Source: Bdellovibrionales bacterium | Lineage (GTDB): Bacteria > Bdellovibrionota > Bdellovibrionia > Bdellovibrionales > CAYMLA01 | Length of the DNA: 64,000 nt | Assembly (NCBI GenBank): GCA_965217115.1 | Contig: OZ244239.1 | Coordinates: 1,938,791 to 2,002,790 of the forward strand | Direction of reading: 5' to 3' | Shown here: positions 59,343 to 64,000 of the stretch, piece by piece | How positions within the stretch are numbered: position 1 is the first letter of the stretch | How the letters are laid out: each line of letters begins with the position of its first letter | Notes under the pieces: model-generated | Seen by the model: only the letters and a program-made list of their open reading frames with translations | Database searches by the model: none | Told to the model about the DNA's origin: nothing | Made by a program: the position numbers and the translations under genes

Positions 59343-61001
59343 GTGATTAGAAAAATTTGGATTCCATGTGTTTTAGTAATGGTTTTTTCAGGCTGTAATA
59401 CTTTAGATATTGAAAGACAAACTATGAACAGCCAGATAACACGCTCGATTGCAAGCCATGATCTTAATGAAGTAGAATTTTTTAGAGACATTAAAGAATT
59501 AGAAGAGAGAGCGAAACTTGGAAAAGTTTCTGCGATTTATCTATTAGCCGAAGTGTATAGGAAAAACCACGATGATGATTCTTATAAAGAAATGGCCTCT
59601 TGGTATGAACAGGCGACAAAAGAGAATAATGTTAAAGCCCAGTTTCAGTTAGCAAAGGCTTATAAATACGGCAAGGGCGTGAGTGTTGATGATCGTAGAG
59701 CTTTTAAGTGGTTTGAAGCCGCTGGAAAAAGAAATCATTGGCAGTCACAGTTTGAACTGGGAGAGATGTACGCTCAGGGGAGAGGAGTCTCCATGAATGT
59801 TAAAAAAGCAAAAGATTGGTATGGGCGATCAGTAAAAAATCGTAAGAAATGGGAAAAGGCATTAGAGAAAAAAACAGCTTCAGAGACAGAGGCCATGGCG
59901 TTGAAAAAATTGAGAGAGATAAAGGTAAAAGTCAAAAAACATCTATTGCCAGGCGGGATTGATTTTAGAGAAGAATTAACATCTAGAGAAGACTCAATAT
60001 CTAGAGAAGACTTAGTATCTAGAGCTAACCAAAAGGCTTTCTATTGGTATGAAAAAGCGGCAGAGCTAGGGCATGCTTTGTCTCAGTATCAACTGGCAGA
60101 GATGTATCGCCTAGGCTTGGGGACGGAGAGAGATTTGAAGAAGGCTTTTAAGTGGTATGAATCGTCGGCATCGGATCGCCAGCACCCACGGGCGACATTT
60201 CGCTTAGCCGAGGCCTATTTCTTTGGCTACGGTGTCACGAGAGACCTTGAGAATGGAATTATTTATTATAAGGAATTAACAGAATCCAAGAATAGAACCC
60301 ATTCTTTAGAGATTGAAGAGAAAAAAATGGAGGCTCAGTATAGATTAGGTCATATATATTACAATGATGATAAGAAGGAAGCTTTGAAGTGGTACTCTGG
60401 GATCGCGAAGAAGGGCCATTTAAAAGCTATGGAAATGATTCTGAATTTGTATGTAGAGGGGGATGTGAATAAGAAAACACTCTCTTCTATAAATCGGCTT
60501 TATGATAAGAATAGGTTGAGTGGCCCCAGTGTCGCTGAGTTGAACTTGTTTAGAGATTATGGTTCTGATGGGCTCTCAAGAAAAGAAATTAATTTAGCAC
60601 ATTCTGCTGAGTTCTTATCTAAATATGAAAGTATTGCCGAAAAGGGAGACAAAATGGTTAAGAACTCCTTAGCTCAGATGCTGGAGAAAGGGACGAATGT
60701 TTTTGGGGATACTTATGTGGATGTAAATTTAAAGCAGGCATTAGTTTGGTATAAGAGAGCGGCGAAGGCTGGCCATAAGCCAGCTTTTCATAAAGTGGCA
60801 TCCATATATCTTGATGGGGCGAAAAATGTAGACATGAATATTCCCGAGGCGATTCGTTGGTATAAATTAGCTGTGAACCACCTTGATTTCCGTGCAACGG
60901 AAAAGTTGGGAGATATTTACAGTGAGTCCCCCTTTTTAGAGAAGAACATGGTGAGAGCTAATAAGTGGTATGCAGTGTACAGTGCCTATGTCTCTGAGTA
61001 A
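59343..61001 (+). CDS. Sel1-repeat lipoprotein
   Basis: The ORF is open from TTG 59313. GTG 59343, 5 nt after GGAGG, gives signal (M)IRKIWIPCVLVMVFSGC. Multiple AxxWYxxAAxxGHxxAQxxLGxMY units. Confidence 0.8.
   Translation: MIRKIWIPCVLVMVFSGCNTLDIERQTMNSQITRSIASHDLNEVEFFRDIKELEERAKLGKVSAIYLLAEVYRKNHDDDSYKEMASWYEQATKENNVKAQFQLAKAYKYGKGVSVDDRRAFKWFEAAGKRNHWQSQFELGEMYAQGRGVSMNVKKAKDWYGRSVKNRKKWEKALEKKTASETEAMALKKLREIKVKVKKHLLPGGIDFREELTSREDSISREDLVSRANQKAFYWYEKAAELGHALSQYQLAEMYRLGLGTERDLKKAFKWYESSASDRQHPRATFRLAEAYFFGYGVTRDLENGIIYYKELTESKNRTHSLEIEEKKMEAQYRLGHIYYNDDKKEALKWYSGIAKKGHLKAMEMILNLYVEGDVNKKTLSSINRLYDKNRLSGPSVAELNLFRDYGSDGLSRKEINLAHSAEFLSKYESIAEKGDKMVKNSLAQMLEKGTNVFGDTYVDVNLKQALVWYKRAAKAGHKPAFHKVASIYLDGAKNVDMNIPEAIRWYKLAVNHLDFRATEKLGDIYSESPFLEKNMVRANKWYAVYSAYVSE
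59965..60027. repeat. 18-bp tandem repeat x about 3.5 inside the Sel1 CDS
   Basis: TCTAGAGAAGA-containing units encode FREELT/SREDSI/SREDLV/SRA. Read directly. Confidence 0.8.
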
Positions 61002-61078
61002 AATTGAACAGTACGATGAACAAGTATTTTGAATGGATAAACATTTTCTAAATCCTTCTAAGTTATTGTAATTATTGA

Positions 61079-61108
61079 TTGACACCTTTCAATCGGGTTA
61101 GGTAAAAC
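61079..61108 (+). promoter_or_regulatory. possible promoter of the tRNA gene
   Basis: Perfect TTGACA at 61079-61084, 18-nt spacer, and TAAAAC at 61103-61108. The tRNA starts at 61122. Confidence 0.3.
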
Positions 61109-61121
61109 GGTTTTTCGTTGT

Positions 61122-61198
61122 GGCGGGGTAGCTCAGCTGGTTAGAGCACTGGAATCATAATCCAGGTGTCGGGAGTTCGAATCTCCCCCTCGCTACCA
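61122..61198 (+). tRNA. tRNA with anticodon CAT (elongator Met type, or Ile2 if lysidine-modified), CCA encoded
   Basis: Hand-folded cloverleaf. Acceptor GGCGGGG / CCTCGCT with two G-U pairs. D arm GCTC-AGCTGGTTA-GAGC. Anticodon arm CTGGA-ATCATAA-TCCAG. T arm GGGAG-TTCGAAT-CTCCC. Discriminator A plus CCA. It lacks the initiator features (C1xA72, GGG/CCC anticodon stem). Confidence 0.9.
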
Positions 61199-61286
61199 TT
61201 TTCCTTGCATTTTCCCTAGTTACTCATTGCTAGGAGGAACGACGGCAGATAAAATTTGTCAAACACTGGGTGAAGGTTAAATAATA

Positions 61287-62426
61287 ATGTTATCAGAGAT
61301 AAAGAAAAATCCGTTTAGACTTTTTTTTCCAGTGGGTTGGCTGTTGGGGTTGTCGGGGGCTCTGCTGTGGATCCTCTTTCACCAGGGGATTATTGATGGA
61401 AATCCAAAGGAGCATCACGGTCATTTAATGATCGGTGGGTTTCTCCTGTCCTTTGTAATGGGTTTCTTGATGACAGCTATTCCAAGGTTTACTAAGACGG
61501 AATATGCAAACTCACTAGAGATAATAATATCCGTGGTGTTGGTCTTTCTCATGTCTTGGAGTGGGCTTTTTTATGTGAGTGGCCTTTTTAATATCACGAG
61601 CTTACTGGGACTCCTGTTTATCATCGCCTATTCGGTAAGGCGGTTCATAAAGAGGGAGAGCAATCCACCGGATACATTTATATTTGTTGGAGTTGCCCTC
61701 TTAATGGGGCTGTTGGGAATATCCTTAGTTCTTAGTCACGAGTATTACCATTTGGGAGAGTTACTCTTTTTCCAAGGAATGCCCTTTTCTCTAGTTTTAG
61801 GAGTTGGTGGACGGTTGGTTCCAGGAATTTTAGGCCATGGGGAAGTCGTCAAAGCGCAGAGAGATCGCTATGAAAACCTGGAATCCTTCTTCAAGATAGT
61901 GCCTGCTATGAATTACCTACTGGCAATGGTTTTTGTGGCGTCGTTTTTTACTGAGCACTACCTGAGTCAAGTGGTTGGCCATGCTTTAAGAGCAGTGGTG
62001 ATTTCCTATATTGCCACGGTCTATTGGAGGATTTTTAAATTTCCTGTGAAGAGAACAGTCCACACTTTTTCAATTTGGTTGGCCTGTTTGTTTATTTTTT
62101 CTGGGTCGTGGCTCTATAGCTTTTTACCCTCGATACACGTTCTCCACTTGATTTATATTGGAGGGTTTGGGTTTATAACCTTACTGGTAGCATCTCGGGT
62201 GACCCTTGCCCATGGTGATGGAGGTATGGAAATCGAGGGAGAGAAGTTTCCGTTTCTATGGATTTGTATTCTCCTGTCTCTATCAGCGGTGACCAGAGCC
62301 AGCGCCTACCTATTTCCTGCCCAGTATCAATCACATATAAGCTATTCGGCGGGTCTCTGGATTGTCGGTTTTATTATTTGGGGAATCGTCTTCATCCCCA
62401 GAATTTGCACCCGCCAGCGGCAGTGA
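61287..62426 (+). CDS. nnrS: NnrS-family membrane protein
   Basis: 379 aa with about 12 TM. N-terminal PFRLFFPVGWLLG is typical of NnrS, and conserved His residues lie in TM segments. Confidence 0.7.
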   Translation: MLSEIKKNPFRLFFPVGWLLGLSGALLWILFHQGIIDGNPKEHHGHLMIGGFLLSFVMGFLMTAIPRFTKTEYANSLEIIISVVLVFLMSWSGLFYVSGLFNITSLLGLLFIIAYSVRRFIKRESNPPDTFIFVGVALLMGLLGISLVLSHEYYHLGELLFFQGMPFSLVLGVGGRLVPGILGHGEVVKAQRDRYENLESFFKIVPAMNYLLAMVFVASFFTEHYLSQVVGHALRAVVISYIATVYWRIFKFPVKRTVHTFSIWLACLFIFSGSWLYSFLPSIHVLHLIYIGGFGFITLLVASRVTLAHGDGGMEIEGEKFPFLWICILLSLSAVTRASAYLFPAQYQSHISYSAGLWIVGFIIWGIVFIPRICTRQRQ

Positions 62427-62588
62427 AACACAATTAATGGTGGTGCCCCCTCGCCCAAAGTACACGAACACCCTTTGGTAGTAAAAGGGGTTAAAAAGAT
62501 CCAATGGGTAGAGAGTCTAGAACGACTCAAGTGAGCTAGAGGTTTTTATTTAACTAGTGTCATACGATCAATTTCAGTAATATTGTTG

Positions 62589-63389
62589 CTATTTCGAAAT
62601 AGGAAAGAAATTAATATTTAAGAAAGAAGCCTTATCTTTTTTAACTGAGTTTTTTGAAATCGAAATTACCTTTTGCTTAGCATCTTCAAGAATTTTCTCA
62701 ATCTCGGTCTGAGATTCCTTGTCATGGATAAGACAAAATGAATCGAATTTCCCACACTTTAATCCATTATCCATTTCGAGGTGCTTAGTAGCTCGCTCTA
62801 AAGCTGTTATGTATAGGCCTTCTGTATTTACCCCTGTTTTTAAAAAAACATCATTAAGAGATTTTTTAAAAATATTTAGCTCTCTAAGCTTTTTGATTGC
62901 ACCCTTTACTTCTTCTTCCGAATAGTCATCTCTTAGACGTGCAAAAATCCAATCAAACTTAAGCTTCGAGTCTTTTAACCCTAAAAGAGTATAGATTTCC
63001 CAAGTCAAAATACTCTTGAAGATTGATTCATCTCCATCTTTATATTCATTGGGAACTAGAAGTTTAATGTCTTTTCTAAATCTCTCAAAGTTAAGCTTTA
63101 CATCTTTATCTTCGGAGTTATCTTTGAGAACCATCATAAAGAAGTAGGAACTTTCTATTTCATTGAGCTTTATCTTCTCAGCTAGCTTGGCAGCCTTTTC
63201 TATACTGATTTTTCGACGTCCAGAAACGACTTGCTTTAAATAAGTCTCTGAGCCGTTAATTAAACCAGAGAAATAGCTATAAGAGTACTTGGTGTCTTTA
63301 TTTTTTAAAGCACCAATATACTCTTTTATAAAGCCTCTGTAATCACTGTAATTAAAAATTGGTACTCTAGTGTCCAACACTTCCAACAT
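62589..63389 (-). CDS. TIGR02147-like protein (N-terminal HTH), second paralog
   Basis: 266 aa. YSDYRGFIKEY...YSYFSGLINGSETYLKQVVSGRRKISIEKAAKLAEKIKLNEIESSYFFMMV fits the family pattern as I recall it. Confidence 0.65.
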   Translation of the reverse strand: MLEVLDTRVPIFNYSDYRGFIKEYIGALKNKDTKYSYSYFSGLINGSETYLKQVVSGRRKISIEKAAKLAEKIKLNEIESSYFFMMVLKDNSEDKDVKLNFERFRKDIKLLVPNEYKDGDESIFKSILTWEIYTLLGLKDSKLKFDWIFARLRDDYSEEEVKGAIKKLRELNIFKKSLNDVFLKTGVNTEGLYITALERATKHLEMDNGLKCGKFDSFCLIHDKESQTEIEKILEDAKQKVISISKNSVKKDKASFLNINFFPISK

Positions 63390-63774
63390 TAAAACCTTCT
63401 GTTTTGATTAATTTCATCATAGGGCATGTTTTCACAACACCACTATAGTAGATTTCAAGATAGGGTAAATCAGCTCCTCCAGAGTCATAAGGAATTAATA
63501 CCTCAAAAGTAGGGATTGTTGAAGAAATTCCGACTTGGGTAAATCTCATGAAATGTGAACTGCTAATACTGCTTGCTCTATTGATTAGTGATTTAAAGCT
63601 GTCTGAGGAAGAGTTAACAAACTTTAGTAGACCAAAGGGCGTTTCTTCTGTGATATAAAATTGAGCCTGTACGTCACATGTTGAGTCTGTCTTGGCAATC
63701 ATTTCCCACGAGATTGAGAATGCTGGCAATGTCCAAAGAGTAAGTAAAAGTGGTATTGTAATTAACTTTTTCAT
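63367..63774 (-). CDS. small secreted protein, unknown function
   Basis: 135 aa. Signal peptide MKKLITIPLLLTLWTLPAFS and AGGAGG RBS. The 3' end overlaps the TIGR02147-like gene by 23 nt. Confidence 0.6.
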   Translation of the reverse strand: MKKLITIPLLLTLWTLPAFSISWEMIAKTDSTCDVQAQFYITEETPFGLLKFVNSSSDSFKSLINRASSISSSHFMRFTQVGISSTIPTFEVLIPYDSGGADLPYLEIYYSGVVKTCPMMKLIKTEGFNVGSVGH

Positions 63775-63783
63775 AAAACCTCC

Positions 63784-63865
63784 TAAAGTTCTTATATTTT
63801 AAGCATCTTAGAAATTCAACTTCTTAAAGTTCTTATATTTTAAGCATCTTAGAAGTTCAACTTCT
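63784..63865 (-). promoter_or_regulatory. 41-bp tandem duplication carrying two sigma70-like promoter modules
   Basis: Units at 63784-63824 and 63825-63865 differ at one base. On the minus strand each reads TTGAA(T/C)-17 nt-TATAAG. Proximal -35 is 63814-63819 and -10 is 63791-63796. Distal -35 is 63855-63860 and -10 is 63832-63837. Confidence 0.55.
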
Positions 63866-64000
63866 CAAAATATTTAACGGGCTCAAAATGAACCCTTAGG
63901 CTTTATGATCTGTGAACGTAAGTTTTATTTATTATATTGAGATCGCTTAGATAAAAAGAAATCTAATGAAAAATGGTTTCTCACCAACCACTGTTCATTA

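Noticed and set aside
63966-64000. ATG at 63966 (MKNGFSPTTVH...) running off the window end
   Set aside because: Only 11 codons are visible, which is not enough to support a CDS call.

Overview
This is a chromosomal, mostly housekeeping 64-kb window from an AT-rich Gram-negative bacterium. I support about 60 CDS and one tRNA(CAT). I saw no rRNA, CRISPR array, transposase, integrase or prophage genes. The gene content suggests a Bdellovibrio-like predatory lineage, but that is inference only. It rests on two TIGR02147-like paralogs, many small signal-peptide proteins, Cys-rich Sel1 lipoproteins and a GldAFG-like ABC system.

Recognisable blocks:
- Fe-S assembly genes (cysteine desulfurase and an IscA-like protein).
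- Acyl-CoA dehydrogenase, then AdoMetDC, speE, trmH and queF.
- msrAB convergent with purA.
- A serA-like dehydrogenase with a class-V aminotransferase, divergent from pepN.
- An outer-membrane factor plus RND efflux pair.
- A seven-gene plus-strand cluster starting with a GldAFG-like ABC system.
- secG, then tmk-holB-ricT-tatD-gap-pgk-tpiA.
- kbl-tdh, sodB and pyrC.
- An orphan histidine kinase and nnrS.

Most unusual observations:
1. The gene-poor interval 32.5-33.95 kb holds a tandem pair of about 215-nt structured palindromic elements, plus a 24-nt perfect direct repeat that brackets a small secreted-protein gene.
2. A eukaryote-type (class 2) S-adenosylmethionine decarboxylase sits next to spermidine synthase.
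3. A 64-bp repeated hairpin module lies 3' of two antisense-inserted small secreted-protein genes.
4. A GNAT-like ORF is paired with a stand-alone membrane hexapeptide-repeat protein that resembles the terminal domain of Pls-type NRPS. This pair lies upstream of an OMF-RND pair with no adaptor gene.
5. Both TIGR02147-like HTH genes overlap a secreted-protein partner gene, and one of them has a 41-bp tandem-duplicated promoter.

All functional calls rest on motif recognition by eye. No database search was run.
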